Shown piece by piece: positions 1 to 11,961 of a stretch of DNA of 64,000 bases (position 1 is the stretch's first letter; each line of letters starts with the position of its first letter). Where the stretch lies: sequence record DRR378314_197; one strand, given 5' to 3'. The translations under genes and the position numbers were made by a program. The notes under the pieces are model-generated. The model saw only the letters and a list, made by a program, of their open reading frames with translations. It did no database searches and was not told the DNA's origin.

Positions 1-2
1 TA

Positions 3-98
3 ATTTCTGATTACCTTTCCGGCATGACTGATGGGTATGCCGCTAAACTTTATCAGGAGCTGTTCTCAGTCAGCTCACCCAAAAGTGCGTTTCAGTAA
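3..98 (+). CDS. 3' end (partial) of a dGTP triphosphohydrolase-family protein
   Basis: Manual translation from base 3 gives ISDYLSGMTDGYAAKLYQELF...*, matching the DY(I/L)SGMTDxYA C-terminal motif of dGTPases. Confidence 0.7.
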   Translation: MSDYLSGMTDGYAAKLYQELFSVSSPKSAFQ

Positions 99-109
99 CT
101 TTTACTTAT

Positions 110-142
110 AAAAAAACCGGAGCAATAAGCTCCGGCTTGTTA
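110..142. terminator. Intrinsic terminator between convergent dGTPase and recA
   Basis: Stem CCGGAGC-aataa-GCTCCGG (117-135), with an A-run on the left that gives a U-tail on the minus strand. Confidence 0.8.
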
Positions 143-160
143 TTCCGAAAAACAAATCAG

Positions 161-1279
161 TTATGACAAACTGATATCATCTTTCTCATTACCTTTCTTT
201 TCTGTTTTCTTGTCTGCTTTAGCTTCGCTCTTCGCATCTTCTTTTGCAGCAGCGCGCTCAGCTTCACGAATTTCTTTTGTTCTCTTTTCTGGTTTCGACA
301 ACAACAGTTCGCGAATACGACCTTCTAATTCATCGGCAATTTTAGGGTTGTCCTGCAAAAACTTCATTGAGTTAGCTTTACCCTGACCAATTTTGTCGCC
401 GTTATAACTGTACCAGGCACCGGCTTTATCAACCATTTTGTGCTTAACACCCAGGTCAATAAGCTCACCTTCTTTAGAAATACCTTTGCCGTATAAAATT
501 TGGAAGTGCGCTTCTTTAAACGGAGGAGCCACCTTGTTTTTAACCACTTTCACGCGGGTTTCGTTACCCACAACTTCGTCACCTTCTTTCAATGCACCGG
601 TACGGCGAATATCCAGACGAACAGAAGAGTAAAACTTCAGGGCGTTACCACCCGTGGTAGTTTCAGGGTTACCAAACATCACACCAATTTTCATCCGAAT
701 TTGGTTGATGAAAATACACATGGTGTTGGACTTCTTAATGTTCGACGTTAATTTACGCAAGGCTTGTGACATTAAACGAGCCTGCAAGCCAACATGGCTA
801 TCGCCCATTTCGCCTTCAATTTCCGCTTTTGGTGTTAGCGCTGCTACCGAGTCAACAATCACAATATCGACTGCGCCGGAACGAACCAGCATGTCACAAA
901 TTTCTAAAGCCTGCTCACCGGTATCTGGTTGCGATATTAATAAATCATCAACGTTAACACCTAAAGCTTCGGCATAAATCGGGTCTAACGCGTGCTCAGC
1001 ATCTACGAAGGCACAGGTCTTACCCATTTTTTGCGCTTCGGCGATGACTTCCAGAGTCATGGTCGTTTTACCACTGGACTCAGGACCGTAAATTTCTACA
1101 ACCCGCCCAAAAGGCAAACCACCAATACCAAGAGCAATATCCAGCCCTAACGAACCGGTTGAAACAGAATCGATATCCAGGGTCTGGTTATCACCCAGAC
1201 GCATGATAGAACCTTTACCAAATTGACGTTCGATTTGTCCGAGCGCTGCATCTAACGCCTTTTGACGATCATTGCTCAT
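161..1279 (-). CDS. recA: Recombinase RecA
   Basis: GPESSGKTT Walker [29 protein letters not shown] signature, charged C-terminal tail. Confidence 0.99.
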
Positions 1280-1300
1280 TATAAGCTCCGTTATTAATCA

Positions 1301-1336
1301 CTGGTTTTATAAACAGTATACTGTACACATTTACAG
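1301..1336. promoter_or_regulatory. Two tandem LexA (SOS) boxes upstream of recA
   Basis: CTG-gttttataaa-CAG (1301-1316) and CTG-tacacattta-CAG (1321-1336), both CTG-N10-CAG. Confidence 0.88.
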
Positions 1337-1378
1337 TATCAAGCGTTGTTCTTATTTTTTCATTAAAACAAAAGTAAG

Positions 1379-1885
1379 TTATTGTAATTCAATTAGATTT
1401 ATAAGTTTATCCAGAACTGTATCTAAGGTTTGTAAGCGCACCTGAGTGCGGTCACCTGCAAATTGTTCAGACCAGCACCAACAGCTTTCACTATTTGCTA
1501 TTGCCATCCACACCAAACCCACTGGTTTATCCGCTGTACCGCCTGCGGGGCCTGCCACACCACTCACAGCAATAGCCCAATCGGCATCACATGCCGCTAT
1601 GGCTCCAACGGCCATTTGCCGAACACAGGCTTCAGAAACTGCACCATGCTTTTCCAGTACGTCAGACTCAACCAGCAGCAACTTTTGCTTAAGGGCATTA
1701 GTATAGGTGATTAATCCACCATTAAACCAAGCAGAACTTCCCGCAACTTCGGTAATAGCGTATCCTATCCCTCCTCCGGTACAAGATTCTGCGGTGCATA
1801 ATGTCTGCTGCTTCTGCTGTAGACTCGAACCCACTTGTTCCGCGAGTTTAAAGGTTTGCGGCGCGATTGCCGTGGTTGCTAACAT
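1379..1885 (-). CDS. pncC: CinA C-terminal family NMN deamidase
   Basis: AESCTGG and SGVAGPAGG motifs; position upstream of recA. Confidence 0.92.
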   Translation of the reverse strand: MLATTAIAPQTFKLAEQVGSSLQQKQQTLCTAESCTGGGIGYAITEVAGSSAWFNGGLITYTNALKQKLLLVESDVLEKHGAVSEACVRQMAVGAIAACDADWAIAVSGVAGPAGGTADKPVGLVWMAIANSESCWCWSEQFAGDRTQVRLQTLDTVLDKLINLIELQ

Positions 1886-1915
1886 AACACTGGCTCCAGA
1901 TAAGAATAATCAATT

Positions 1916-4531
1916 ATGCCTGAATTCTCTGATAAACAGATCCAATCACATACCCCAATGATGCAGCAATACCTACGGATAAAAGCGGAGCATGCTGACA
2001 TGCTTTTATTCTATCGTATGGGGGACTTTTACGAACTGTTTTTTGAAGACGCGAAACGCTCAGCCCAACTGTTAGATATCTCCCTCACAGCGCGGGGTCA
2101 GAGTAATGGTGAACCTATTCCAATGGCAGGTGTTCCCTATCACGCAGTAGAAAACTATCTGGCGCGCCTGGTCAATATGGGCGAATCCGTTGCCATCTGC
2201 GAACAAATTGGCGATCCGGCAACCAGCAAAGGTCCGGTTGAAAGAAAAGTCGTGCGTATTGTCACGCCGGGAACCGTCACTGACGAATCGCTGTTAGCGG
2301 AAAAAAGACAAAATCTGTTAGTTGCGATTTGTCCGCTGAATCCAAAACAGCCGGAAGCGGAATACGCAATATCCAGTCTGGAGCTAAGTAGCGGCCGTTT
2401 CTGGCTAACCAAAGCTCATTCCAGTGAACAACTGGCTGCAGAAATGCAGCGTTTAGAGCCAGCCGAATTGCTCTATCCTGAGTCTATTTCCTTGGCCGGA
2501 CTACCTTTAGCAAAAGCGAAATGCAAACGCCGACCGGCCTGGGAGTTTGAACAACAAACCGCTTTTATGCTGCTTACTCGCCAGTTTGGCACTCAGCATT
2601 TAGAAGGCTTCGGTATCAAAAATAATGAGCCTACCCTGGCAGCCGCCGGTGCTATTCTGCATTATGTAAAAGAAACTCAACGCGCCGCCCTGCCTCACAT
2701 TCAGGCGCTAATAACGGAACATCCGCAAGACGCTATTATTCTCGACGCAGCAACACGCAGAAACCTTGAGCTGCAGCAAAGCATGGGCGAAGGCGATACA
2801 CACCTTTCAGCTGTACTGGACAAAACCGTTTCAGCTATGGGAAGCCGCCAGTTCCAGCGTTGGCTGCAGCGCCCTATTCGGAACCATCAGGAACTTAACC
2901 AGCGTTATGATGCTGTCGACGCATTAAAAGAAAATCTGAATTTTGAAAATATACAGCTAACATTAAAACAGTTAGCCGATATTGAACGTATTGTTGCCCG
3001 TGTGGGCTTACGAAGCGCGCGTCCGAAAGACTTTGCTCGTTTGCGTGACAGCCTGGCTAAAATACCGGAAGTCAGAGCGTCTTTATCTCACCGTTCGCTG
3101 AGTTATCTGCACGACATTATTGCTCCCTTTCCAGAAGTGGTCGACTTGTTGACTAAAGCCGTTATTGAGCAGCCACCTTTATTGATTCGCGACGGCGGTG
3201 TTATTGCCGAAGGATATGATAGAGAGCTTGATGAATTGCGCGATCTTGCAACGGGTGCTACCGACTACCTGAAACAACTGGAGCAGCGTGAACGTGAGAG
3301 AAGTGGTATCGCCACATTAAAAGTTGGCTATAACAGAGTTCACGGCTACTTTATTGAGGTCAGCCGGCAGTCGTCAGAAGCGGTACCCGATGACTATCAG
3401 CGTCGCCAGACACTAAAAAATACAGAGCGCTATATTATTCCAGAGTTAAAGGAGCACGAAGACAAAGTTCTGAATGCTCAGGCGCGTTCTCTGGCCAGAG
3501 AAAAATGGCTTTACGACCAACTCTTTGAGCACTTACTGCCGCAGGTGACTGCATTGCAAAAAAGTGCTTCGGGTCTGGCTCAACTCGATACCTTGTGCTG
3601 TTTTGCACGGCTGGCTGACAATTATCGTTATTGCCGCCCGCAACTGCAAAAGGAAACCAGCTTAATTGAACTAGAAGCTGCCCGTCATCCGGTTATTGAA
3701 CAACTGAGCGATGAGCCTTTTATTGCTAACCCCATGTCGCTGACGCCGCAGCAGCGCATGCTGATGATAACCGGCCCTAACATGGGTGGTAAATCGACTT
3801 ACATGCGACAAGCCGCGTTAATCGTTATTTTGGCGCACATGGGCTGCTACGTACCGGCTGATAAGGCAATTATTGGCGACATCGACCGTATCTTTACTCG
3901 TATTGGTGCCTCTGACGATTTAGCCTCAGGCCGTTCGACTTTTATGGTAGAAATGACAGAAACCGCGAACATTCTGCATAACGCCACGGCAAAAAGCCTG
4001 GTGCTTATGGATGAAATTGGTCGTGGCACTTCAACTTATGACGGCTTGTCACTGGCTTGGTCTTGTGCCGATTACCTGTCCCGACAACTCCAGTGCCTGA
4101 CCTTATTCGCCACTCATTACTTTGAGTTAACGGAATTGGCAGAAGAGTTACCAGCCACGGTAAACGTACACGTCGATGCGAAAGAGCATGGCGATACCAT
4201 TGCTTTTTTACATAAAGTCAGCCCTGGAGCAGCCAGCCAGAGCTTTGGCTTGCAAGTGGCTAGGCTGGCCGGAGTCCCGGATCATGTCATTCATAAAGCA
4301 AAACAAAAGTTGTCCGAACTGGAGCATACTCACCATGGTGGTTTAAACGAACCCAAACAAGCCACTATGGAGCTCACTCCTCCACCTGAAGCTATCCCGT
4401 CTCATACAGAAAAACGCAACCCACTGCTTGATGAGCTGGAACAACTGGACATTAATGATCTGACTCCGAAGCAGGCGCTTGATATTCTTTACCAATGGCA
4501 GCAAAAACAAAAAGGCTCAACACAAAGTTGA
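1916..4531 (+). CDS. mutS: DNA mismatch repair protein MutS
   Basis: [28 protein letters not shown] and DEIGRGTST motifs. Confidence 0.99.
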   Translation: MPEFSDKQIQSHTPMMQQYLRIKAEHADMLLFYRMGDFYELFFEDAKRSAQLLDISLTARGQSNGEPIPMAGVPYHAVENYLARLVNMGESVAICEQIGDPATSKGPVERKVVRIVTPGTVTDESLLAEKRQNLLVAICPLNPKQPEAEYAISSLELSSGRFWLTKAHSSEQLAAEMQRLEPAELLYPESISLAGLPLAKAKCKRRPAWEFEQQTAFMLLTRQFGTQHLEGFGIKNNEPTLAAAGAILHYVKETQRAALPHIQALITEHPQDAIILDAATRRNLELQQSMGEGDTHLSAVLDKTVSAMGSRQFQRWLQRPIRNHQELNQRYDAVDALKENLNFENIQLTLKQLADIERIVARVGLRSARPKDFARLRDSLAKIPEVRASLSHRSLSYLHDIIAPFPEVVDLLTKAVIEQPPLLIRDGGVIAEGYDRELDELRDLATGATDYLKQLEQRERERSGIATLKVGYNRVHGYFIEVSRQSSEAVPDDYQRRQTLKNTERYIIPELKEHEDKVLNAQARSLAREKWLYDQLFEHLLPQVTALQKSASGLAQLDTLCCFARLADNYRYCRPQLQKETSLIELEAARHPVIEQLSDEPFIANPMSLTPQQRMLMITGPNMGGKSTYMRQAALIVILAHMGCYVPADKAIIGDIDRIFTRIGASDDLASGRSTFMVEMTETANILHNATAKSLVLMDEIGRGTSTYDGLSLAWSCADYLSRQLQCLTLFATHYFELTELAEELPATVNVHVDAKEHGDTIAFLHKVSPGAASQSFGLQVARLAGVPDHVIHKAKQKLSELEHTHHGGLNEPKQATMELTPPPEAIPSHTEKRNPLLDELEQLDINDLTPKQALDILYQWQQKQKGSTQS

Positions 4532-4539
4532 GCCTTTTT
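4509..4539. terminator. Bidirectional intrinsic terminator between mutS and rpoS
   Basis: AAAAAGGCTCAA-cacaaag-TTGAGCCTTTTT. Confidence 0.85.
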
Positions 4540-4562
4540 AGTACGTTTAGTAACTGCTACTT

Positions 4563-5531
4563 TTACTGAGCAGTAAATAGTGAGTCTAACGTTAGGCCTT
4601 GCTGTTTTAACGAATCGCGTAATTTACGCAGAGCTTCCACTTGTATCTGCCGGACTCGCTCACGCGTAAGGCCTATTTCACGACCAACATCCTCCAGAGT
4701 CGAAGGCTCATAGCCCATCAGTCCAAAGCGGCGAGCCAGCACCTCACGTTGTTTCTGATTTAGCGACTGCAACCATTCAGTGATATTCCCTTTCAGGTTT
4801 TCATCCTGCAAAACACCTTCCGGTCCGGTATCAGCATCATCGGTGAGGATATCCAACAAGGCTTTGTCGTTATCACCGCCTATAGGCGTATCTACCGAAC
4901 CAATGCGTTCATTCAGACGCAACATTTTAGTGATATCACCCACGGGCTTATTGAGGCTTTTAGCAATGTCTTCGGCGGTTGGCTCATGATCCAGTTTATG
5001 CGCAAGTTCACGGGCAGCACGAAGATACACGTTAAGCTCTTTAACGACGTGAATCGGCAGTCTAATGGTGCGCGTCTGGTTCATAATTGCGCGCTCAATA
5101 GTTTGTCGTATCCACCAGGTAGCGTAAGTTGAGAAGCGGAACCCGCGTTCAGGGTCGAATTTTTCAACCGCCCGGATAAGGCCGAGGTTACCTTCTTCAA
5201 CTAAATCTAATAAAGGCAGTCCCCGATTAGAATAGCGACGGGCAATTTTAACAACCAGCCTCAGGTTACTCTCAATCATACGACGGCGGGCTGCCTTGTC
5301 GCCTTTTAACGCACGACGGGAATAAAAGACTTCCTCTTCAGCAGTCAGTAATGGAGAGAAACCGATTTCTCCCAGATATAGCTGCGTCGCGTCCATCTTC
5401 TTTTGATATTGAGTTGAAGACGAGGATAGCGCCTCTTCTAACTCTTCTGCTGCACTGTCCGTGCTATCTACAATAGACTCATCTTCATTAGCTTCGACGT
5501 TTTCAACTGCTTCTTCCTTTATGCGGCTCAT
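4563..5531 (-). CDS. rpoS: RNA polymerase sigma factor RpoS
   Basis: [21 protein letters not shown] and region 2 [14 protein letters not shown]; lies downstream of nlpD. Confidence 0.98.
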   Translation of the reverse strand: MSRIKEEAVENVEANEDESIVDSTDSAAEELEEALSSSSTQYQKKMDATQLYLGEIGFSPLLTAEEEVFYSRRALKGDKAARRRMIESNLRLVVKIARRYSNRGLPLLDLVEEGNLGLIRAVEKFDPERGFRFSTYATWWIRQTIERAIMNQTRTIRLPIHVVKELNVYLRAARELAHKLDHEPTAEDIAKSLNKPVGDITKMLRLNERIGSVDTPIGGDNDKALLDILTDDADTGPEGVLQDENLKGNITEWLQSLNQKQREVLARRFGLMGYEPSTLEDVGREIGLTRERVRQIQVEALRKLRDSLKQQGLTLDSLFTAQ

Positions 5532-5609
5532 AACAAGCTCCTGTTATACTGAACACCGTGTTACAACACACGTCAACTTCCTTATCTTGTTATTATTATT
5601 CCCACATGA

Positions 5610-6527
5610 CTAGCGAGATTTGGGTAAGTAATGCCTCGGATTGACCGACTTACCACGGAAACGAACTTCAAAATGCAATTTCACCCGAGAACTACCGGAG
5701 TCTCCCATACGTCCGATAGTCTCACCTACGTCCACCCATTCTTTTTCCTTCACCAGAATGTCTTCGTTGTGAGCATAGGCAGTAATAAAATCATCGTTAT
5801 GTTTCAAAATGATTAAATTACCAAACCCGTGTAGTGCGCTTCCGACATAAACCACTTTCCCTGCCGCCGCAGCATTAACTGAATCTCCCCTGCTACCGGC
5901 AAAGTCTATTCCTTTATTGCCTTGTTCACGCAACAAAAAATCGGCTATTACTTTCCCCGATGAAGGCCAACGCCAAACAATATTATTATTGCTCGGTAGC
6001 ACCACTTCAGGCCGCTCAATTCGCTGTCTCGGTTGGCTATTGCTACCCTTATCGGTTTGTTTTGCAACCGTTTTTCTTGTGCTTGTTTTTTGACCATACC
6101 CTTTCTGTTTCTTATTAGCAACGGGCGTTTTTATATTATTTTGTGCGTTATCAGAGGCTTTTTTATTCTGTTTAGCACTAGCTGTTCGCTGCGCCTTTCT
6201 GGCTGTGGTGGCGCCCCGTTGCGGCGCGCTTTCCAGGCTCAATTTTTGTCCCGGATAAATAGTGTAAGGTTTTTGTAAATTATTGATTTGGGCAATATCC
6301 TGGACATCCAGATTAGCCCGAAAAGCTATTGAATAGAGTGTTTCTCCGGGCTGAACTTCATACTCTTTTTCGTTAATGGAGTTGGCTTCAAAATCGAGGT
6401 AAGTTTTACCAGTATAAAGCTCTTCGACTGGAGCAGGTGCCGACCGGCCACTACAAGCCTGCAGTAGAGTTATGGCAAACACCAATAATACAGATTGCTT
6501 AATTGCCCCGGACGATACCAACATCAT
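5610..6527 (-). CDS. nlpD: LysM/M23 lipoprotein NlpD
   Basis: Lipobox LQAC, LysM domain (GETLYSIA), M23 domain (KGIDF, YAHN, LHFEVR); synteny with rpoS. Confidence 0.93.
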   Translation of the reverse strand: MMLVSSGAIKQSVLLVFAITLLQACSGRSAPAPVEELYTGKTYLDFEANSINEKEYEVQPGETLYSIAFRANLDVQDIAQINNLQKPYTIYPGQKLSLESAPQRGATTARKAQRTASAKQNKKASDNAQNNIKTPVANKKQKGYGQKTSTRKTVAKQTDKGSNSQPRQRIERPEVVLPSNNNIVWRWPSSGKVIADFLLREQGNKGIDFAGSRGDSVNAAAAGKVVYVGSALHGFGNLIILKHNDDFITAYAHNEDILVKEKEWVDVGETIGRMGDSGSSRVKLHFEVRFRGKSVNPRHYLPKSR

Positions 6528-7112
6528 TTATACCAACTGCGCTATTACGTACCCAATAATAACCAGTATTACCAGTGTCCAGCCAATGCGGTCAACATAT
6601 TCACGGAGTTTTACGCCCATTTCCGGACCACCAGTACGTAATAACCAGGCCACCAGATAAAAGCGCATGCCGCGACTAATAGCCGATGCAATAACAAAAG
6701 GAAAAAACGCTATTTGCATAACACCGGCAGTTACCGTAAATAATTTATAAGGAATGGGAGAAAAGCCTGCAATAAACACTATCCAGACGCCCCAGTCCGC
6801 AAACCAACCCTGAACAGTAACTAGCTTCGACTCGTAGCCAAGTGCCTCAACCGCTGGCAGAACTAATGATTCATAAGCCCAATAGCCCAGAAAGTAGCCT
6901 AAAATTCCGCCTGCTACTGAGGCAACTGTCGTCAGAAACGCTAATCGCCAAGCTCTTTTAGGCTGAGTCATTGCCATTGGCGCCAGCATGACATCGGGTG
7001 GAATAGGAAATATCACCGATTCCGCAAAACTCAACAGACCAAGAATAATGTCTGCTCTGGGATGCTGAGTCCAGGATAATACTTTATCGTACAGTGCGGA
7101 GAACAGCTTCAA
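6528..7112 (-). CDS. yqaA: YqaA/DedA-family membrane protein
   Basis: SFAESVIFPIPPD and FSPIPYK motifs. Confidence 0.88.
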   Translation of the reverse strand: MKLFSALYDKVLSWTQHPRADIILGLLSFAESVIFPIPPDVMLAPMAMTQPKRAWRLAFLTTVASVAGGILGYFLGYWAYESLVLPAVEALGYESKLVTVQGWFADWGVWIVFIAGFSPIPYKLFTVTAGVMQIAFFPFVIASAISRGMRFYLVAWLLRTGGPEMGVKLREYVDRIGWTLVILVIIGYVIAQLV

Positions 7113-7753
7113 ACGACATCTCCCTTAACTAAAGGCACGAAACGCACATCACCAATACGCTGTTGCTCCAGCGAATCACCAAAGCGACGCATAACGACAA
7201 GGCTCTGCGATTGGTGCTGCTCGCCGACCGGAATAATCATCACGCCGCCGTCGGCAAGCTGATCGACTAAATCCTGAGGTATGTCGCTGGCCGCGGCGGT
7301 AACAATAATGCCGTCGAACGGACCTTTGCTGCGCCAGCCCTTCCAGCCATCACCATGACGCATAGCAACATTATGTAAATCCAGCTGACGCATGCGGCGC
7401 TTGGCCTGATACTGCAACGTAGCAATGCGCTCAACACTAAAGACTTTATCAACCAACTGAGCCAGAACCGCCGTCTGATAGCCTGAGCCGGTGCCTATCT
7501 CCAGCACATTTTTACAATGATGCTGCATTAATAACTGCGTCATTGTTGCCACCATTAATGGCTGCGAAATGGTCTGCCCATTACCAATGGGTAGCGCCGT
7601 ATTTTCATAGGCTTTGTGAGCTAACGACTCGGGCATAAACAGATGTCTTGGGGTTTCAGATATCACCCGTAAAACCTCTTTGTTGGTAATACCGAGAGCC
7701 TCTAATTGTTGAATCAGTCGCTTAACCCGCGACTGCCCATTACTAATCATCAT
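7109..7753 (-). CDS. pcm: Protein-L-isoaspartate O-methyltransferase
   Basis: GQTISQP, VLEIGTGSGYQ and VRFVPL motifs. Confidence 0.97.
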   Translation of the reverse strand: MMISNGQSRVKRLIQQLEALGITNKEVLRVISETPRHLFMPESLAHKAYENTALPIGNGQTISQPLMVATMTQLLMQHHCKNVLEIGTGSGYQTAVLAQLVDKVFSVERIATLQYQAKRRMRQLDLHNVAMRHGDGWKGWRSKGPFDGIIVTAAASDIPQDLVDQLADGGVMIIPVGEQHQSQSLVVMRRFGDSLEQQRIGDVRFVPLVKGDVV

Positions 7754-8502
7754 TTTTGTTGTTCTAACCAGTCTGTCAGTGTATCGGTGTGGCGTTGAGC
7801 CGTCATATCCAGGCTTAACGGTGTAATTGAGATATAACCTTCATGAATCGCGGTAAAGTCGGTATTAGGCTCATCACTTGCATGATGCCCAATGGGTCCA
7901 TACCAAAAGATTTCGCTGCCAAAAGGGTCACGGTCGTGAACCATAGTCTCTGCGCGATGCCGACGTCCCAATTTAGTCACCCGGGTACCTTTTAACTTAT
8001 CGTAGGTCGTGTAAGGCACATTGATATTCAGTACCGTATCAAGCCGCAGCGGATCGTTTTCCATATTTGCGACAATTTCTGCCACGACCCGCCCGGCGGT
8101 ATCATAGTAGTCGTGTCCACGACCACCCATCGATACTGCAATGGCAGGCAGTCCCATAAAGCGCCCTTCCATCGCGGCCGCCACCGTGCCTGAGTACAAC
8201 ACATCGTCACCCATATTAGGGCTGTCATTAATACCCGACACGACTAAATCTACGTCTTCAGCCATCGGCGAGTTAGTGCCTAAATGAACACAGTCTGTGG
8301 GCGTACCATTAACAGAATAGAAACCATTATCCAGCCGACGCACCCGCAAAGGATTATGTAAGGTTAACGAATTACTGGCACCACTGCAGTTACGGTCCGG
8401 AGCTATCACTCTTACATCTGCCACTTCTTTTAAAGCCTGGTACAACGCGAGAATACCCGGCGCATGCACGCCGTCATCATTACTTAATAAAATTTTCATC
8501 AT
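7750..8502 (-). CDS. surE: 5'/3'-nucleotidase SurE
   Basis: LLSNDDG, GTPTDC and YSGTVAAA motifs. Confidence 0.97.
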   Translation of the reverse strand: MMKILLSNDDGVHAPGILALYQALKEVADVRVIAPDRNCSGASNSLTLHNPLRVRRLDNGFYSVNGTPTDCVHLGTNSPMAEDVDLVVSGINDSPNMGDDVLYSGTVAAAMEGRFMGLPAIAVSMGGRGHDYYDTAGRVVAEIVANMENDPLRLDTVLNINVPYTTYDKLKGTRVTKLGRRHRAETMVHDRDPFGSEIFWYGPIGHHASDEPNTDFTAIHEGYISITPLSLDMTAQRHTDTLTDWLEQQK

Positions 8503-9551
8503 CTGGATTCACCACTTAAGTCGACAATTTCATTCAATACGGTTGTTGCATAAGCACCGGACGGAAGCGTAAAGCGAAGCTCTGCGTCCTTGCCCTGCCA
8601 ACTAATTTCGGGGTTTTCTACGCGCAACAAAATAGTCCGGCGAGCCGCCTCTACGCGCAGCTTTCTGAGCGCCTGTAACCAACTATCGAACGGTTGTAAT
8701 AAACTTTGTTCAAAGGCGTCGGCTTCCCCTTTCACTAAGGGTTTATTTGTGCTTCCTGCTAGAGGTGCCGTTAAGTAAATATTGTTATTTGCCAGCCGCT
8801 GTTTAAGTTCGTCGTCCCATTGCTCTACGGTAAAAACCGACTGCGAGCCTTCCAGCATGACACAATCACCAGTCAAAGTTCCTTCTATACCAAACTGACG
8901 TATTCGCTCAGCCACTATCTCGTTGAATAAATAGCTGCGCAGTGCAGACAAATAGAGGCTTCGCTTGCTGCGGCTGATACGCGGGGGGCGGCTCGCCATA
9001 AGCCAGCGCTCGGCTTGTGCAACGTTATCTCCGCTGCGGCCAAAGCGCTGTTCGCCAAAATAATTTATTACGCCCTGCTCACTCACACCTTGCCAGAGGT
9101 TTTCAAGTGCCTCGCGGGAGCTGACATTAGCTAACCTGATAACGAAGCGGTTCGCACGGTGAAACCCCGTCTTTAATTTCTTGGTTCTGCGTATTACCCG
9201 CTCAACCGACATTTCTTCATCGGTTAACTCATTCCAATTGAGCGTTTCTTTGCCGGGTAGTTGAATGGAAAACCATTGCCAGGTCACTGCCTGGCGATCT
9301 TTTAATCCGGAATAACTGACATTTCTTTCTGATACTCCGGCAAACCGGGCTATTTTTTCTGCACAAAAATTTGTATTAGCCCCGGTTTTTCTAACCCAAA
9401 GCCACTGGTGCTCACCTTCACCGTCATCAATAACATCCAACTGCTCAATAACCTGAAAATCTTCCGGCGTCTGTTTAAATTCGGCCTGAGGTCTGTCGCC
9501 TTTATGTAAACGCGGTAAATCAGCCAAAGACACTTGTGAGGGTGCCAACAT
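8499..9551 (-). CDS. truD: tRNA pseudouridine(13) synthase TruD
   Basis: GLKDRQAVT, NYFGEQRFG and LPSGAYAT motifs. Confidence 0.97.
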   Translation of the reverse strand: MLAPSQVSLADLPRLHKGDRPQAEFKQTPEDFQVIEQLDVIDDGEGEHQWLWVRKTGANTNFCAEKIARFAGVSERNVSYSGLKDRQAVTWQWFSIQLPGKETLNWNELTDEEMSVERVIRRTKKLKTGFHRANRFVIRLANVSSREALENLWQGVSEQGVINYFGEQRFGRSGDNVAQAERWLMASRPPRISRSKRSLYLSALRSYLFNEIVAERIRQFGIEGTLTGDCVMLEGSQSVFTVEQWDDELKQRLANNNIYLTAPLAGSTNKPLVKGEADAFEQSLLQPFDSWLQALRKLRVEAARRTILLRVENPEISWQGKDAELRFTLPSGAYATTVLNEIVDLSGESR

Positions 9552-10030
9552 TAAAATGACTCCATCAGAACCACAGCATGACAGGCAATACCCTCTTCAC
9601 GCCCCACAAAGCCTAATTTTTCTGTCGTTGTCGCTTTGACATTCACATTGTCGATGCAGGTTTTTAAACACTGGGCAATGCTGGCCCGCATATCGTCAAT
9701 ATGTGGTGCCATTTTCGGAGCCTGAGCTACAATAGTTACGTCAATGTTACCCGTCTTAAACTCTTTTTCCTGACATAGACTTACGGCATGACTCAACAAT
9801 TCGGCACTATCCGCCCCGGCATAGCGTTCATCGGTATCAGGAAAGTGCTGGCCAATATCACCTAACGCTAAAGCGCCTAATACCGCATCGGTCACAGCAT
9901 GCAGAACAACATCTCCGTCGGAATGAGCGACAAGTCCCTGATGATGCTCAATTTCAACACCACCTAAAATCAAAGGCTTATCAGAGCCCCAACGATGAAC
10001 GTCATAACCATGACCAACACGGATTTTCAT
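9551..10030 (-). CDS. ispF: 2-C-methyl-D-erythritol 2,4-cyclodiphosphate synthase
   Basis: GHGYDVH, HSDGDV and [10 protein letters not shown] motifs. Confidence 0.98.
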   Translation of the reverse strand: MKIRVGHGYDVHRWGSDKPLILGGVEIEHHQGLVAHSDGDVVLHAVTDAVLGALALGDIGQHFPDTDERYAGADSAELLSHAVSLCQEKEFKTGNIDVTIVAQAPKMAPHIDDMRASIAQCLKTCIDNVNVKATTTEKLGFVGREEGIACHAVVLMESF

Positions 10031-10044
10031 GAACGATGCCCTCT

Positions 10045-10815
10045 TTAATTTTTATGATCATTATTGTCCGCTAATAACCAGTCGCGAACACATTCAAAAT
10101 CTTCCGGGTGAGTCACTTTTAAGTTGCGGATAGAGCCAGGAATAAGCGCCGGCTGGAAACCACACCACTGCATAGCAGAAGCTTCATCAGTTAACTGAGG
10201 GTTTAATGCCCCCATATGCTCTATGGCTTGTTGTAAACGCTCTGCATTAAAAACTTGTGGTGTCTGCGCCTGCCACAAGGCCTCCCGATCAACACTGGAT
10301 TCTATATGAGTGACACCGGTTTCATCATTGACAGAGATAACAGCGCGTTTTAAGGAATCTCTTACCGGAATGGCAAGAATTGCGCCTTGAGGGTCCTTTA
10401 ATCCGGTATTAATGACCGCTGTTAATGCCTTTTTTGGTAGGCATGGACGTGCTGCGTCATGTACCAGCACATGGGTAGCCCCTTGCGAAACAGCAACTTT
10501 AACTCCAGCCAATACGGATTCAGCGCGGCTGTTGCCGCCTGTCACAAAATGAACCTTTGTTGGCAGGCTCTTTTTAAGTTCAATAAGGTATTCAGCATTA
10601 GAGTCAGAAACCGCAACGAAAACCTGTTCAACCCGCGCATCCTTTAATACGGCTTCGATGCTGTACTCCAGCAAAGTCCGGTTAGCGACCATCAGAAACT
10701 GCTTAGGGATGTTAGCCTGCATCCGGCTTCCGCTGCCAGCTGCAGGGATCACAGCCATTAACGAATCAATCTGGCTTTGTGCGTGGCTTTCAGACTCACT
10801 CTTCATCTCGCTCAC
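10045..10815 (-). CDS. ispD: 2-C-methyl-D-erythritol 4-phosphate cytidylyltransferase (start may be the ATG at 10806)
   Basis: [20 protein letters not shown] and KVTHPED motifs. Confidence 0.97.
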   Translation of the reverse strand: MSEMKSESESHAQSQIDSLMAVIPAAGSGSRMQANIPKQFLMVANRTLLEYSIEAVLKDARVEQVFVAVSDSNAEYLIELKKSLPTKVHFVTGGNSRAESVLAGVKVAVSQGATHVLVHDAARPCLPKKALTAVINTGLKDPQGAILAIPVRDSLKRAVISVNDETGVTHIESSVDREALWQAQTPQVFNAERLQQAIEHMGALNPQLTDEASAMQWCGFQPALIPGSIRNLKVTHPEDFECVRDWLLADNNDHKN

Positions 10816-10824
10816 CCGCTCAGG

Positions 10825-11106
10825 CTATGGATTACGATCAGGTACAAGACGGAAGAAAACTTCATCCTTTTTTACCATCCCTAGTTCGTTACGGGCACGC
10901 TCCTCCAGCGCATCTTCCCCTTCGCGCAAATCTTCAATATCTGCGTAAATGAGTTGATTACGTCTTTCCAGATTTTCATTCGTATTTTTCTGATTGCTGA
11001 CTTCTTGCTGCAACCGCCAATAATCCGGTAGGCTATTTTTGCCAAACCACAGACGGTATTGTAACGCAAGGAACAAGGCCAACAACACGACCAGAGTCAC
11101 CCGCAT
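10825..11106 (-). CDS. ftsB: Cell division protein FtsB (start reassigned to the ATG at 11106)
   Basis: MRVTLVVLL...LQYRLWFGKNS...EERARNELGMVKKDEVFF; GGAG upstream of this ATG; synteny with ispD. Confidence 0.93.
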   Translation of the reverse strand: MRVTLVVLLALFLALQYRLWFGKNSLPDYWRLQQEVSNQKNTNENLERRNQLIYADIEDLREGEDALEERARNELGMVKKDEVFFRLVPDRNP

Positions 11107-11198
11107 GCTCAGCTCCGTTGTTTTTCCTGTTATCATTATGAAGACTATTGACGTGACTGAAAAGCCGTTTTCAGCATTATAAGACAAAAGAGGTTCAT

Positions 11199-11921
11199 TT
11201 GGAGTATTTCGCTGCCGCAATAGTATTTTTCTTCGCAGCTTTGGTTCAGGGGGTAAGCGGTTTTGGCTCCGGTTTGTTAGCCGTCCCAATTCTGGCGCTT
11301 TGGTTCCCTATTAGCGTACTTACGCCTGCACTGTCTGTCATTAATATCGTGATTGGCGGCTGGATCTACTGGAAAAACAGAGAGGCGGCTCGCCCATCTC
11401 AGTGGAAATGGTTAATTTTTTCAGGCGTCATTGCTTCTCTGGTATCGGGATCTTTGCTGTTAAGCGTAAACGAACAGTTTATTAAACTGATTCTTGGTTT
11501 TGTCATACTGGCTGTTGCGCTCGCTTTGGCTAGCGGTAAACAACTCCCTACGGCTGAACATGCGCCCGGACATATTGCGGTAGGTACAGGCTCTGGCTTG
11601 CTCAACGGGTTAATGACGTTAGGCGGGCCTCCTATTGTTTTATTTCTGGCCAATGCCCGTATCCCAAAACAACAGTTTCGCGCTACACTCAGTCTGTTTT
11701 TCTGCTGCATTGCCATGGCAAACGTCGCGAATTTCTCACGCCAGTCTATTTACGCAGAGCCCCATCTCTATCTGGTACTCGCTTTACTACCTTGTGCGCT
11801 TATAGGCGCCAGCGTGGGACAAAGACTTCAACAGCATGTATCAGAACAACGTTTTAGACAATTTACTCTGGCACTAATGATACTTTCGGGACTCAGTGTC
11901 GTATTGCAAAGTATTAAATAG
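11199..11921 (+). CDS. TauE/SafE (TSUP) family membrane transporter
   Basis: About 8 hydrophobic segments; QGVSGFGSGL and GGPP repeats typical of TSUP proteins. Confidence 0.85.
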   Translation: MEYFAAAIVFFFAALVQGVSGFGSGLLAVPILALWFPISVLTPALSVINIVIGGWIYWKNREAARPSQWKWLIFSGVIASLVSGSLLLSVNEQFIKLILGFVILAVALALASGKQLPTAEHAPGHIAVGTGSGLLNGLMTLGGPPIVLFLANARIPKQQFRATLSLFFCCIAMANVANFSRQSIYAEPHLYLVLALLPCALIGASVGQRLQQHVSEQRFRQFTLALMILSGLSVVLQSIK

Positions 11922-11961
11922 TTTTAGTACTCCAGCCAACGGCTCTGGTAAAATTAAATTT

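Noticed and set aside
11107-11289. N-terminal extension of ftsB in the ORF track (154 aa)
   Set aside because: It overlaps the divergent TauE gene; FtsB similarity and an RBS begin at ATG 11106.
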